A stretch of 64,000 nt of DNA from NCBI GenBank assembly GCA_022749995.1, contig JAKIWO010000003.1, positions 9,926 through 73,925 on the forward strand. Direction: 5' to 3'. The translations under genes were made by a program, and so were the position numbers. This document shows, in pieces, positions 1 through 9,029 of this stretch (positions within the stretch are counted from its first letter, which is position 1; each line of letters starts with the position of its first letter). Below the pieces are notes generated by a model. It saw only the letters and a program-made list of their open reading frames with translations, did not search any database and was not told the DNA's origin. The stretch is from Thermoplasmata archaeon. GTDB taxonomy: Archaea > Thermoplasmatota > Thermoplasmata > Lutacidiplasmatales > UBA184.

Positions 1-1
1 C

Positions 2-895
2 GCTGAGATCCGGTCCGGGCAGTTCGACCTCGTCCTCGTCGGGGGGATGGAAAGCATGGACTCGGCCCCTTTCCTGGTGAGTCCACGAGCTCGCTGGGGT
101 CTGCGGTACGGGGCCGATGTGCTCGACGATGCGATGCAGCGGGACGCGCTCGTGGACGCCTACGGCGAGCACGAGCAGATGGGGTTCACCGGTGAGCGGA
201 TCGCCCAGAAGCTCGGACTTACCCGACGGGACGTCGACGCATTCGCCGTCCGGAGCCACAGCCGTGCGGCGATGGCGCTCCAGCAGGGGAAGTTCGTCGC
301 TGAAACCGTCCCGGTGGCCCCGGAGCTCTCGGCCACCGGTGAGGGACTCACGCGGGATGAAGGTCCGCGAGGCGAAAGTACGCTGGAGTCGCTCGGCAAG
401 ATTCGGCCGGCATTCACTCCCTCGGGTATCCTGACCGCCGGCAACTCCTCCCAGCTCTCCGATGGCGGCGCCGCCCTGCTCTTGGCGAGCGAGGAGGAGG
501 CCCACCGGCGGGGGGCGAGCCCACTCGCATGGATTCACAGTGGGGCCGTGGGCGGAGTGCGTCCCTCCGACGTGATGGAAGCGCCGATCCCGACGGTCCG
601 CCGCCACCTGGAGCGTACGGGGTTGCGGCCGTCGGACTTTGACCGGGTCGAGCACAACGAGGCCTATGCCTCGGCCTCGATTGCCGTCCAGCGCGCGTTC
701 GCGTTCACCGACGATCAGTTCAACGTCAACGGGGGGGCGATCGCCCTGGGACACCCGATCGGGGCGACCGGGGCGCGGATTGTCGTCACCCTCCTTTACG
801 AACTGCTGCGCGCCAAGGGTCGCCTGGGGCTCGCGACTCTGTGCATGGGCGGGGGAAACGGTCTGAGTCTCATCCTGGACCGGCGGGAGCTCTAG
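2..895 (+). CDS. Acetyl-CoA C-acyltransferase (classical thiolase), 5'-truncated by the window edge
   Basis: Frame is open from base 2 (AEIRSGQFDLVLVGGMESM). Thiolase motifs HNEAYA, NGGAIALGHPIGATG and CMGGGNG are present. Confidence 0.93.
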   Translation, partial: AEIRSGQFDLVLVGGMESMDSAPFLVSPRARWGLRYGADVLDDAMQRDALVDAYGEHEQMGFTGERIAQKLGLTRRDVDAFAVRSHSRAAMALQQGKFVAETVPVAPELSATGEGLTRDEGPRGESTLESLGKIRPAFTPSGILTAGNSSQLSDGGAALLLASEEEAHRRGASPLAWIHSGAVGGVRPSDVMEAPIPTVRRHLERTGLRPSDFDRVEHNEAYASASIAVQRAFAFTDDQFNVNGGAIALGHPIGATGARIVVTLLYELLRAKGRLGLATLCMGGGNGLSLILDRREL

Positions 896-946
896 CCCGT
901 GGGCCGTCTGTCGACTCTGCCCCAGCCTGCGTAGGAGCGGCGAGGG

Positions 947-1633
947 GTGCTCGACGAGGAGCAGGCTCGAACGCGCCGCCATCGGGGGTCGCCGCTCGAC
1001 ATTGCCGTCCCGGAGGATCTGACCCGTCTCGTCTCGCTCAGCGACGGCGTCTTCGCGTTCGCGATGACGCTGCTGGTGCTCAACCTCGTCATCCCTACCA
1101 GCTCCCAAGCTCCCACCAACTCGGCACTGTGGGCGTACTTGCGCGCCCAACTGCAGGGGCCGTTCGAGCTCTACGCGCTGGGATTCCTCATCGTCGCGGT
1201 CTGGTGGCGACTTCACGTTCGGGTCTTCCGAGACATCCGATCGGCGGATGCGACCATCTTCTGGTTCGACATCTGCTACCTCCTGCTGATCGGAGTCACC
1301 CCGTTCACGGTGAGCTTGCTGCTGAGGTTCCCTGCCGATGCGGCCTCGAGCTCCTTCTACTCCGCCACCCAGGCCCTGGTCGGTCTCACGGGCGCGGGCA
1401 TTCGGCTGCACTGCGCGCGGCGACCGGAACTGTGCAAGGGTGCGCCTCCCACCCCCCGCCAGGTATCGGTCCTGTTCGCCACCCCCGCGCTCTTTGGCGC
1501 CGCCACCCTCGTGGCGCTCATCGCACCGATCGGAGCGGAAGTGCTGTGGTTCTCGGCCGTGGTGGTCGGCAACCTCGTTCGTCGCTACGACTCCGCGGAA
1601 GGGTTGCGCTTGAAGAGCGGCGAGGTCGCCTAG
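947..1633 (+). CDS. TMEM175/DUF1211 family membrane protein (putative K+ channel)
   Basis: RLVSLSDGVFAFAMTLLV resembles the RxxxFSDGVFAIAxTLL signature; about 6 hydrophobic segments; GTG start. Confidence 0.8.
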   Translation: MLDEEQARTRRHRGSPLDIAVPEDLTRLVSLSDGVFAFAMTLLVLNLVIPTSSQAPTNSALWAYLRAQLQGPFELYALGFLIVAVWWRLHVRVFRDIRSADATIFWFDICYLLLIGVTPFTVSLLLRFPADAASSSFYSATQALVGLTGAGIRLHCARRPELCKGAPPTPRQVSVLFATPALFGAATLVALIAPIGAEVLWFSAVVVGNLVRRYDSAEGLRLKSGEVA

Positions 1634-1663
1634 CGCCGCGCTGCGGGCGCCGGGTGGAACGAC

Positions 1664-2875
1664 CTAGAGGATGCGCAGACCCAGCACTCGCTCGACCTGA
1701 CGGTAGCTGGCGATGGCACGCCGCCGGCTCCCCCGGGGTACCTTCCCGTGGGGGGAGGCGTCCATCTCGCGCGCCAGGGCACCGATGTGTTCGAGGGCGG
1801 TTTCCACATGGAATCCATCTTCCACGCAGGCGAGTACTTCCTCTCCCAGCCGCTCGACGGGTTCGGCGGCGAACGTGCCTCCACCGCCGTTGGCCACCGC
1901 GGCGCGGAGGCTAGCTCGAACGGCCATCCACTCTTGCGCCGCCCGCTCTACCTCGCCCTGCACCCACTCGATCCGGGAGTTGTAGGGACGCCCGAGGAGG
2001 AACCAGCGCAGCGCGTCCGGGCCGTGCTCGAGCGTCGCCGCCCGCAACGGCACGAGATTCCCTCTCGACTTGGACATCTTTCGGTGCAGCTGGGTGACGA
2101 ACCCCAGGTGGAGGAACTGCCGGGCGCACAGCGTGCCGTCCAGGGCCAGTGCGATCTCGTTGCCCGCGTAGTGGTGGGGAAACAGGAGGTCGATCCCGCC
2201 CCCCATCAGATCGACCGGCACCCCGAGGTACCGCGAGGCCATGGCGTAGCACTCGAGGTGCCAGCCCGGTGCACCCACGCCCCACGGGCCAATCCACCGC
2301 GGGAGCGGACCCTCCGCTCGGCGCCAAAGTTCGATCTCGCGGGCCGTGTCGGCCGAGGGCGGGGCGACCCCCGCCTCCTGCACCAGGTGCTCGGTGAGTT
2401 CGTCGCCTACGGGGAAGTTACGGTGGGACGGGGGTGGCGGCACCCAGACCCAGGAGTCGGCCCGGCTGACCACCCGCCCCTTGTGGGCCAGCCGGCGTCC
2501 GACCTCGATCATGGGGGGGACGAAGGCGCTCGCCTTCGGTTCGCAGTGGGGGCGCAGGATCCGCAGACGATCCAGGTCGGCGTGGAAGCGCGCGGTCTCG
2601 CGGCGGGCGAGGGCGCGCCACGTGAGACCGAGCGACTCGGCCCGGTAGGAGATCTTCTCCTCGTAGTCGGTGATGTTCATGACGTGGCGGACCCGCGTTC
2701 CGCGCTCCTCGAGGGCGCGCCGCAGCACGTCGAAGTACAGGTAGGTCCGCCCGTGCCCGACGTGCGCGGCGTCGTAGACCGTCGGTCCGCAGATGTACAT
2801 CGTGAACGTCTTGCCGTCGGCGGGAGCCAGCGTACGACGCCGGCCCGTCAAGCTGTCGCGCAGCCGGAACGGCAT
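1664..2875 (-). CDS. Cysteinyl-tRNA synthetase-like class I ligase lacking the C-terminal anticodon domain (MshC-like paralogue)
   Basis: ICGPTVYD, HVGH (HIGH), GWHLEC, GGGIDLLFPHH and KMSKS motifs. Start taken at MPFRL (2875), with TTAAG about 25 nt upstream. Confidence 0.8.
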   Translation of the reverse strand: MPFRLRDSLTGRRRTLAPADGKTFTMYICGPTVYDAAHVGHGRTYLYFDVLRRALEERGTRVRHVMNITDYEEKISYRAESLGLTWRALARRETARFHADLDRLRILRPHCEPKASAFVPPMIEVGRRLAHKGRVVSRADSWVWVPPPPSHRNFPVGDELTEHLVQEAGVAPPSADTAREIELWRRAEGPLPRWIGPWGVGAPGWHLECYAMASRYLGVPVDLMGGGIDLLFPHHYAGNEIALALDGTLCARQFLHLGFVTQLHRKMSKSRGNLVPLRAATLEHGPDALRWFLLGRPYNSRIEWVQGEVERAAQEWMAVRASLRAAVANGGGGTFAAEPVERLGEEVLACVEDGFHVETALEHIGALAREMDASPHGKVPRGSRRRAIASYRQVERVLGLRIL

Positions 2876-2979
2876 CTCCTCCCCTCGGGGACCACCCCGC
2901 TTAACGGCTTTGGCTGCGAGGTCGGACCCGGATAAGCTCATCCCCCGTCGCGCTGCTCTGCCGCCGGTCCGGCCCCCCG

Positions 2980-3213
2980 ATGGAGACCGTTTACCTGCTC
3001 ATCGAGACCGAGGTGGGACGCCTCGAGGAGGTGGCGCGACGGCTACGCGCCATACCGGGCATCGTCGAAGTGGAGGCGGTGACCGGTCCGTTCGACCTGA
3101 TCGTGAAGATGCAGGCCGAGCACATCAACGCCGCACTGGACACCGTGGTGCACAAGGTCCGCAAGGTCCCCGGCATCAAGGGGACCGAGACGCTCGTTAC
3201 GGTGGGGGCGTAG
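2980..3213 (+). CDS. Stand-alone Lrp/AsnC ligand-binding (RAM) domain protein
   Basis: 77 aa; VEAVTGPFDLIVK matches the Lrp C-terminal V-TG-YD motif; no HTH. Confidence 0.82.
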   Translation: METVYLLIETEVGRLEEVARRLRAIPGIVEVEAVTGPFDLIVKMQAEHINAALDTVVHKVRKVPGIKGTETLVTVGA

Positions 3214-4141
3214 GCGCCGCCGGCGCCCGCTTCCATTCCGCCGGGAATCGCGACGGCTCGACCATCACCCGGAACGGCTCGACCGCCCATCCTTCGGCGC
3301 TGCCCCGTTCCTCCGAACCCCGGCGCGCGGTCGCGAGCGCGAGCAATTCGCCCTCCTGCGTGAGCAACACCACGTGGGCCCCGGCCCGGAACGGCCGGTC
3401 GCTGGATCGAATCCCACCCCGGGCGAGGCCGGCCCCGTGCGCCACGGCCGCCGCGGCTCCCGGCTTGAGCCGGATCTGAGGGAACTCGCGGGTGACCTCC
3501 ACCATCGGATGCAACCGCTCCAAGAGCGGACCCGGGTTCCCTTCCTTGGCGAGGAGCACGGCATCGGAGAGGTCGGTGAGGGTGATCGAAGCCTCCTCGG
3601 TGAAGGGACCGGTGCCGGTGCGCCGGAGCTCCGCCATGTGAGCGCCGGTGCCCAGCGCCTCCCCCAGATCGACCGCGAGGGTCCGCACGTACGTGCCCGA
3701 GTCGCAGACGACATCCACCAACACCCGGGTCCCGTCCCGCTCGATCAGGGTGAGACGATGGATCGTCCGTATCCTGCGCTCCCGACGGACCGCCGAGCGG
3801 ACGGGAGGGGTCTGGAAGATCGGGCCAGTGAACTCCTCGAGCCCGGCCGCGAGCTCCTTGTCGGCGACCGGTCCGTGGAGCGTGATCAGGGCGACGTACC
3901 GCTTCGGGAAGTCAAGCAGCAGCGGCAGCAGCTTGAGCGAGGGTCCGAAGCCGATCCACAGGAGCCCCGAGACGTTCGGGTCGAGCGTCCCGGCGTGGCC
4001 GGCGCGGGGCACGCCGAGCAGGTCCCGCGCCCAGGCGCTCACCTGGTGGGAGCTCGGACCCCGCGGCTTGTCGATGAGGAGGAAGCTGCCGGCGGCGATG
4101 CGGCGTTCTATCTCGGGCGGGAACGCCACCGGCTCGCTCAC
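3197..4141 (-). CDS. cbf5: H/ACA pseudouridine synthase Cbf5 (TruB family) with PUA domain
   Basis: IDKPRGPSSHQV, GHAGTLDPNVSG, GTYVRTL and ELRRTGTGPF motifs; conserved position after cmk. Confidence 0.95.
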   Translation of the reverse strand: MSEPVAFPPEIERRIAAGSFLLIDKPRGPSSHQVSAWARDLLGVPRAGHAGTLDPNVSGLLWIGFGPSLKLLPLLLDFPKRYVALITLHGPVADKELAAGLEEFTGPIFQTPPVRSAVRRERRIRTIHRLTLIERDGTRVLVDVVCDSGTYVRTLAVDLGEALGTGAHMAELRRTGTGPFTEEASITLTDLSDAVLLAKEGNPGPLLERLHPMVEVTREFPQIRLKPGAAAAVAHGAGLARGGIRSSDRPFRAGAHVVLLTQEGELLALATARRGSEERGSAEGWAVEPFRVMVEPSRFPAEWKRAPAAPTPPP

Positions 4142-4680
4142 GAACCTCCGTCGGCACGTGAAAGGTACTCGGCGAGCCGGTCGACCACCTGCTCGCGGGT
4201 GAGCTCGCTCGAGTCGACGGTGAACTCCGCCTCCTCGTGGGCCAGATCGATGCCGTAGTATTCCTTGTAGCGGCGCCGCTCGCTCTCCTCGCGAAGCCGG
4301 ATGAGACGCAGCGCGCTCGCCTCGTCGGTTCCTTCCCGCGCGGCCGCGCGGGCGGCCCGCACCGGCTCGGAGGCGACGACGGCGACCCAGAGGGCGGGCG
4401 TGCCGCGTCGACGCAGCAGCGGCCCCTGGATGCGGCCCTCGAGCAGCACGCCGGGCCGAGCCTCGGCGAGCATCGAGTCGTCCAGGCTCCGGTCGATCGA
4501 GCCGTCGGTCTCCGCGAGCCGCGAGAACTCGGCGAGGGAGAGGCCCCGGTTGGCCGCCTCGGCCCGGAACCGGTCCCCGGCAGAGAGCAGCGTCAGCTCG
4601 AACTTCCGGGCGAGCGACCGGGCGGCGGTCGTCTTTCCGCTCCCCGGAGGGCCGCCCAGGGCGACCGGCCGGTGGATCAC
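4138..4680 (-). CDS. cmk: Cytidylate kinase, archaeal type
   Basis: GGPPGSGKTT P-loop, SAGDRFR, LEGR; synteny with cbf5. Confidence 0.92.
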   Translation of the reverse strand: MIHRPVALGGPPGSGKTTAARSLARKFELTLLSAGDRFRAEAANRGLSLAEFSRLAETDGSIDRSLDDSMLAEARPGVLLEGRIQGPLLRRRGTPALWVAVVASEPVRAARAAAREGTDEASALRLIRLREESERRRYKEYYGIDLAHEEAEFTVDSSELTREQVVDRLAEYLSRADGGS

Positions 4681-5459
4681 GCGGTACCCCGCGGTTCGGC
4701 CACGGGCGGGAGCCCGACCGCCGCGGGATGCCGGGCGAGGGTGTAGTGCTTGAGCGCCCGGCGGAACAGGAGCGAGAGAGGGACGGTGAACACCGAGAAC
4801 AGGACGAACCAGACGGGAATGGGGAGCCCGCCCAGGTGGCCGAGCAGGTTCACGTAGGCACCGCCCAGGTTGACGACGCTCGAGTGGGCCGTGACGATCG
4901 TGCCGGAGTGGAGGGTGAGGTAAAGGTACACCCAGTTGTAGATCGCGATAACCAGGAACCAGGTGATCGCCATCCCCTTGAGCTGGGCGACGGTGACCTC
5001 GCCGGAGAGCTTCTGGAGCGTGGCCTGGTGCTCCTTGAGCGCCTCGACCCGGTCCTTCTTGCCGGAGCGAAGCGCCTCCATCTGGACCTTGCGCAGCGCG
5101 GCTCCCCAGCGCTGGACGCGGGCGGCGAGCACCCAGTCGGTGGTGTAGTTGTAGGCGATCGCGGTGATCAGCATCTCGATCAGCGCCGCGAGGAACATCG
5201 TCACGAGCGGGAACCGCCCCCCGAGGCCGATCGAGGGGGAGAGCAGCCGGTCGAGCGTGAGGCTCACGCCGGAGCGGGTCGACGTGTCGAACAGCATCAG
5301 GATCCCGAGCAGGAAGAGGAACGTGTAGAGGAAGGTGGAGATCTTGAACGTCGGGGCCGGCGGCTTGCGCGCGGCCTCGGTGTCGATCTCCTTCTCGAGC
5401 TCCTCCTCCTCGGCCTCTTCGGCCGAGGCACTGGCCGGGAGGGGGGCCTCCTCCGCCAT
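4677..5459 (-). CDS. EMC3/TMCO1 (DUF106) Oxa1-superfamily membrane protein
   Basis: TM-coiled coil-TM architecture; canonical position between secY and cmk. Confidence 0.85.
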   Translation of the reverse strand: MAEEAPLPASASAEEAEEEELEKEIDTEAARKPPAPTFKISTFLYTFLFLLGILMLFDTSTRSGVSLTLDRLLSPSIGLGGRFPLVTMFLAALIEMLITAIAYNYTTDWVLAARVQRWGAALRKVQMEALRSGKKDRVEALKEHQATLQKLSGEVTVAQLKGMAITWFLVIAIYNWVYLYLTLHSGTIVTAHSSVVNLGGAYVNLLGHLGGLPIPVWFVLFSVFTVPLSLLFRRALKHYTLARHPAAVGLPPVAEPRGTA

Positions 5460-5463
5460 CGGA

Positions 5464-7230
5464 TTACTCTCCGCCCAGGAAGCGGCGGAGCAGCGGGTTC
5501 ATCTCCATCAGCTGCTCGCGGCCCATCGCCTCGTACAGGTTGATGATGATGCCGACGGTGAGCAGCACGCCGGTGCCGCTCGCGTTGCCGACGGTGCCGA
5601 TCAGGTCGGCGCCGGCGGCGAGCGCGCCGACGGCCGCGCCGGAGATGACGGTGATGACGGGGATGTACCGGGCCAGCACGCGCCGCAGCACCCGGGGCTC
5701 CCTACGGAATCCGGGGATCTGCATGCCGCTCGCCTCGATCTGCCGGGCCACCGCCTCCGGGCCCATGTTCGTCGTCTGGATCCAGAACTTGGCGAACAGG
5801 ATCGAGCCGCCGACCATGACGGAGAAGTAGATCGCCACGTGCGCCAGGTCCTGCCACCACTGGTGGCCCACGAGCAGCTGCCCGTACAGCTGCGGGTTCA
5901 GGATCGGCAGCAGCCAGGACTCGAGTCCGTTGACCGTGGACAGGTAGTACGCCACCCCGCTCATGGGAGTGGTCTGCGAGATCCCGAGGCTCGCTGCCTG
6001 GGTCGAGCTCGACGCGTACGAGCCGAGCCACCATTGGTGCCCGATCAGCGGAAAGTGGCTCAACGTGGGGTTGGTCCAGAGCAGGATGGTGAACATGGAG
6101 ACGTTGGCGAGCAGCGCCGCCATCAGGATGACCGGAATGTTGCTGGCGTAGATCAGGCGCAACGGGTAGCGGCCCCGGGCGCCGCGCGCCTCGGCGTGGG
6201 AGAGCGGTAGCTCGATCCGCGTCGACTCGGTCCACGCGACCAGGAAGAAGATGGCGGCCGTGCCGAGCAGGGCGATCACCGGATTGGGTTGGTGGAGCAG
6301 GATCTGCTCCCAGCCACCGCCGGCGAGCCCCTGCGCGTTGGTGTGGGTGAAGAAGTAGATCGTCTTCGGGATCGTGCCCGCCGGCGGGTTGGTGGAGCTC
6401 ACCGGTCCCGGCGAGGCCGGCACCCAGTTGAGGGTCCCCTGGATGATCTGCTGCGAGACCCCCGCGGCGATGAACAGCGAGATCCCGCTACCGATCCCCC
6501 ACTTGGAGACCACCTCGTCCATCAGGAACACGAGATAGCTGCCGAAGACGAGCTGGCCGATGATGACGATCTCCGCGAGCAGCATCCCGTTGCCGGGGCT
6601 CGCGACGTTGAAGCTCGAGACGAGCGCGGTGGAAGGGAACAGGTAGCCGAAGACCTGGGGCACCGCCTCGACGAAGATCATGGCGATGACCATGACTTTC
6701 TGGGCCCCCTGGTACATCCCCTTGTCCTCGTCGTCGGTGAGGTCCAGGTTGATGATCTTCGCCCCGGTGAACAGTTGCATGATGATCGAACCGGTGACGA
6801 TCGGTCCGATCCCGAGGTGCATCAGCGTGCCCTGCGCGCCGGCCAGGATCGCGCGGTAGCTGGCGAACAGGTCGATGACGCTCGCCTGGTCGACCCCGTA
6901 GAGGAAGATGTTGGTCAGGAGGAAGTACATCAACAGGATCGAGATCACCCAGAACAACTTGGACCGGAAGTGGACGTGGCCCTTCGGCTGGGCGATCGCG
7001 GGCATCCGCGAAGTGATCGGTTTCCATCCGTAGAGCTTCGACTTGGTCCCGTCGTACGACAGGCCGAGCAGGAGCAGCCCCAGGATGCACAGCAGTCCGA
7101 GCCCGGCCAAGCCGAGCGCGATCACCGTCGGCCGGCCCCAGTACCAGTAGAGGAAGAGCAGCAGTCCACCGACGATGGCGAGCGGGAGCGCCCAGCTCCA
7201 GTTCCGTGGAGTCTCCTCGTCGGAGGCCAT
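5464..7230 (-). CDS. secY: Preprotein translocase subunit SecY (long, 588 aa)
   Basis: LMHLGIGPIVTGSIIMQL, KWGIGSGISLFIA, YASNIPVIL and GMQIPGFRR motifs; follows rpl15. Confidence 0.97.
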   Translation of the reverse strand: MASDEETPRNWSWALPLAIVGGLLLFLYWYWGRPTVIALGLAGLGLLCILGLLLLGLSYDGTKSKLYGWKPITSRMPAIAQPKGHVHFRSKLFWVISILLMYFLLTNIFLYGVDQASVIDLFASYRAILAGAQGTLMHLGIGPIVTGSIIMQLFTGAKIINLDLTDDEDKGMYQGAQKVMVIAMIFVEAVPQVFGYLFPSTALVSSFNVASPGNGMLLAEIVIIGQLVFGSYLVFLMDEVVSKWGIGSGISLFIAAGVSQQIIQGTLNWVPASPGPVSSTNPPAGTIPKTIYFFTHTNAQGLAGGGWEQILLHQPNPVIALLGTAAIFFLVAWTESTRIELPLSHAEARGARGRYPLRLIYASNIPVILMAALLANVSMFTILLWTNPTLSHFPLIGHQWWLGSYASSSTQAASLGISQTTPMSGVAYYLSTVNGLESWLLPILNPQLYGQLLVGHQWWQDLAHVAIYFSVMVGGSILFAKFWIQTTNMGPEAVARQIEASGMQIPGFRREPRVLRRVLARYIPVITVISGAAVGALAAGADLIGTVGNASGTGVLLTVGIIINLYEAMGREQLMEMNPLLRRFLGGE

Positions 7231-7255
7231 CGACGGCCTAGCGAGCCGGAGGCCG

Positions 7256-7264
7256 GGTTATATG
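7256..7264 (-). promoter_or_regulatory. Probable TATA box for secY (internal promoter)
   Basis: CATATAAC on the minus strand about 27 nt upstream of the secY ATG, in an otherwise GC-rich context. Confidence 0.5.
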
Positions 7265-7266
7265 CT

Positions 7267-7701
7267 CTACGGGGCGGCCGCAGCGCCGGGCGGCTGCTCG
7301 AGCAGCTCCACCTTGCCCTTGGCCCTCTCGGTGGCGTACGCGACGTACACGCGCCAGCGTCCCTCGAGGTGGCCCCGCCCCAAGAGCCGTTCGACGCCGA
7401 TCCGGGAGAGGTCGGCGACGACGACCGGGCCCTCCCGGACCACGGCGTGCGCCGCTTCGAGCTCGGGCAACAGCGCCGGGAGCTCCTCGACGTTCTTGGC
7501 CCTGGGCCGTCGGACGATCTCCGGCGGCCGCTTGAACCCGTGCCGGCCGAAGTGGTCCGGCGCGTAGATCAGCATCGACTTGAACTTGTACTTGTGCAGC
7601 CCCGCGTTGCCGGTGCCGCCCTGCTTGCCCGCACCGCGCCCGGCCTTGATGCCCCGCCCGTGGGTGCGGCTCCCGCGGAACTTCCGGGTTCGGCTCGGCA
7701 C
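7267..7701 (-). CDS. rpl15: 50S ribosomal protein uL15
   Basis: RKFRGSRTHGRG...GRGAGKQGGTGNAG; GTG start. Confidence 0.96.
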   Translation of the reverse strand: MPSRTRKFRGSRTHGRGIKAGRGAGKQGGTGNAGLHKYKFKSMLIYAPDHFGRHGFKRPPEIVRRPRAKNVEELPALLPELEAAHAVVREGPVVVADLSRIGVERLLGRGHLEGRWRVYVAYATERAKGKVELLEQPPGAAAAP

Positions 7702-7710
7702 GGTCGCTCC

Positions 7711-8163
7711 CTACAACATCCGCTGGGCGAGGGTGTTGATGTGGACGCCGCGGTAGCCGAGCGCCCCACCGAGTGCGAACGGTTTCTTCGTCGAGCGCCA
7801 TCCGCCCTTGGGGGCGCGCAGTCGAAACAGCGGCTGCACGACCCGCTGGCGCGGCAGTCCTTCCGCCACCACCTGCTGGGCAAGTTCGGCGTAATCGGGC
7901 GCCTGGGGCGCGGCCGGCGTCGCGGCGGGACTGGGTGCCTCGCGCGGCCGGCCCCGCTGCTCGAGCAGGAGTTTCACCGTGGCCGCCTCGGCCTCGCCCC
8001 AGGTCACGTACCCTTGCACCTTGGTGAGCATCCCGCGGTAGTCCGGGCTCTCCGGCACGACGGTGGCGTGGTTGGGCCGGGTCAGATGCAACTCGGCCAG
8101 CGTGGTCCGGATATCCTCCTTGGCGTGGATCGTGCCCCGCACGCGGATGATCATCCAGCTCAT
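7711..8163 (-). CDS. rpl30: 50S ribosomal protein uL30
   Basis: IIRVRG...TLAELHLTRPNH, YVTWGE, FRLRAPKGG, GYRG. Start overlaps the rps5 stop; GGAGG SD. Confidence 0.94.
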   Translation of the reverse strand: MSWMIIRVRGTIHAKEDIRTTLAELHLTRPNHATVVPESPDYRGMLTKVQGYVTWGEAEAATVKLLLEQRGRPREAPSPAATPAAPQAPDYAELAQQVVAEGLPRQRVVQPLFRLRAPKGGWRSTKKPFALGGALGYRGVHINTLAQRML

Positions 8164-9029
8164 GGCGGCCTCCGAGGCGGGCCCCCGCCTCCGCCCCCGC
8201 CGCCGGGCGGTGGCCGACGGCCCGGTGGCCCTCCGCGGCGCGGAGGTCCTCGACCGCGACCGCCCCGACCCCGACCGCCGCGGGCGCCGGGAGGCAGGTC
8301 CTCCTTCGGCGGGAGGATCGACACCCCGACCGGACCTCGGACGATCTTGAGCCGAGTGGAGTCCTCGGGAGGGACCTTGAGCGCCGAGAGCTGGCGCAGG
8401 GCGTCGAAGGCCGCCTGAGCGTAGTTGACGGTGGTCTTCGTGTGGCCCTGGGTGAACCCCCACGCGTCGGTGATCCCGGCGAACCGGAGGATCGGCTTGG
8501 CCACATCCCCCACCGCCAGTCCGACGCCGCGCGGAGCGGGCCGGACGGTGACGACCACGGAACCGCAGCGGCCCTGGATGGCGAAGGGCACCGTGTGCGA
8601 GCGCCCGCAGCCGCACTCCCAACTGCCGCAGCCGCGGTACACCTCGAGCATGTACAGCTTGGCCCGGTCGATCGCCCGACGGATCGTCGGGCCGACCTCG
8701 CGGCCCTTGGCGCGGCCGAGACCGACGAAGCCGTCGCCGTTGCCGACGACGACCGTGACCGCGAACTTGAACCGGCGGCCGGAGTCGGTCATCCGCTGGA
8801 CCATGTTCACGTCCAGCACCTCGTCGTGCAGGCCGGGGAGCAGCCGGTCGACGATCCCCGCCTCCCGCAGCGGTAGCCCCGTGCGGAGCGCCTCCGACAT
8901 CGAGGTGATCTCCCCCGAGGAGACCCGGCGTCCCAGTTCGGTGCGGGGCACCCACGGGGGCGGCGCCGGCGGACCCGGAGGACCTCCCGGAACGGAGCCC
9001 GTGGCCTGGGGCGCGGCCATCGCGCTCAT
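8160..9029 (-). CDS. rps5: 30S ribosomal protein uS5 with P/G-rich N-terminus and RGG-rich C-terminal tail
   Basis: WVPRTELGR, VQRMTDSGRR, RGCGSWECGC; ATGA overlap with rpl18. Confidence 0.96.
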   Translation of the reverse strand: MSAMAAPQATGSVPGGPPGPPAPPPWVPRTELGRRVSSGEITSMSEALRTGLPLREAGIVDRLLPGLHDEVLDVNMVQRMTDSGRRFKFAVTVVVGNGDGFVGLGRAKGREVGPTIRRAIDRAKLYMLEVYRGCGSWECGCGRSHTVPFAIQGRCGSVVVTVRPAPRGVGLAVGDVAKPILRFAGITDAWGFTQGHTKTTVNYAQAAFDALRQLSALKVPPEDSTRLKIVRGPVGVSILPPKEDLPPGARGGRGRGGRGRGPPRRGGPPGRRPPPGGGGGGGGPPRRPP

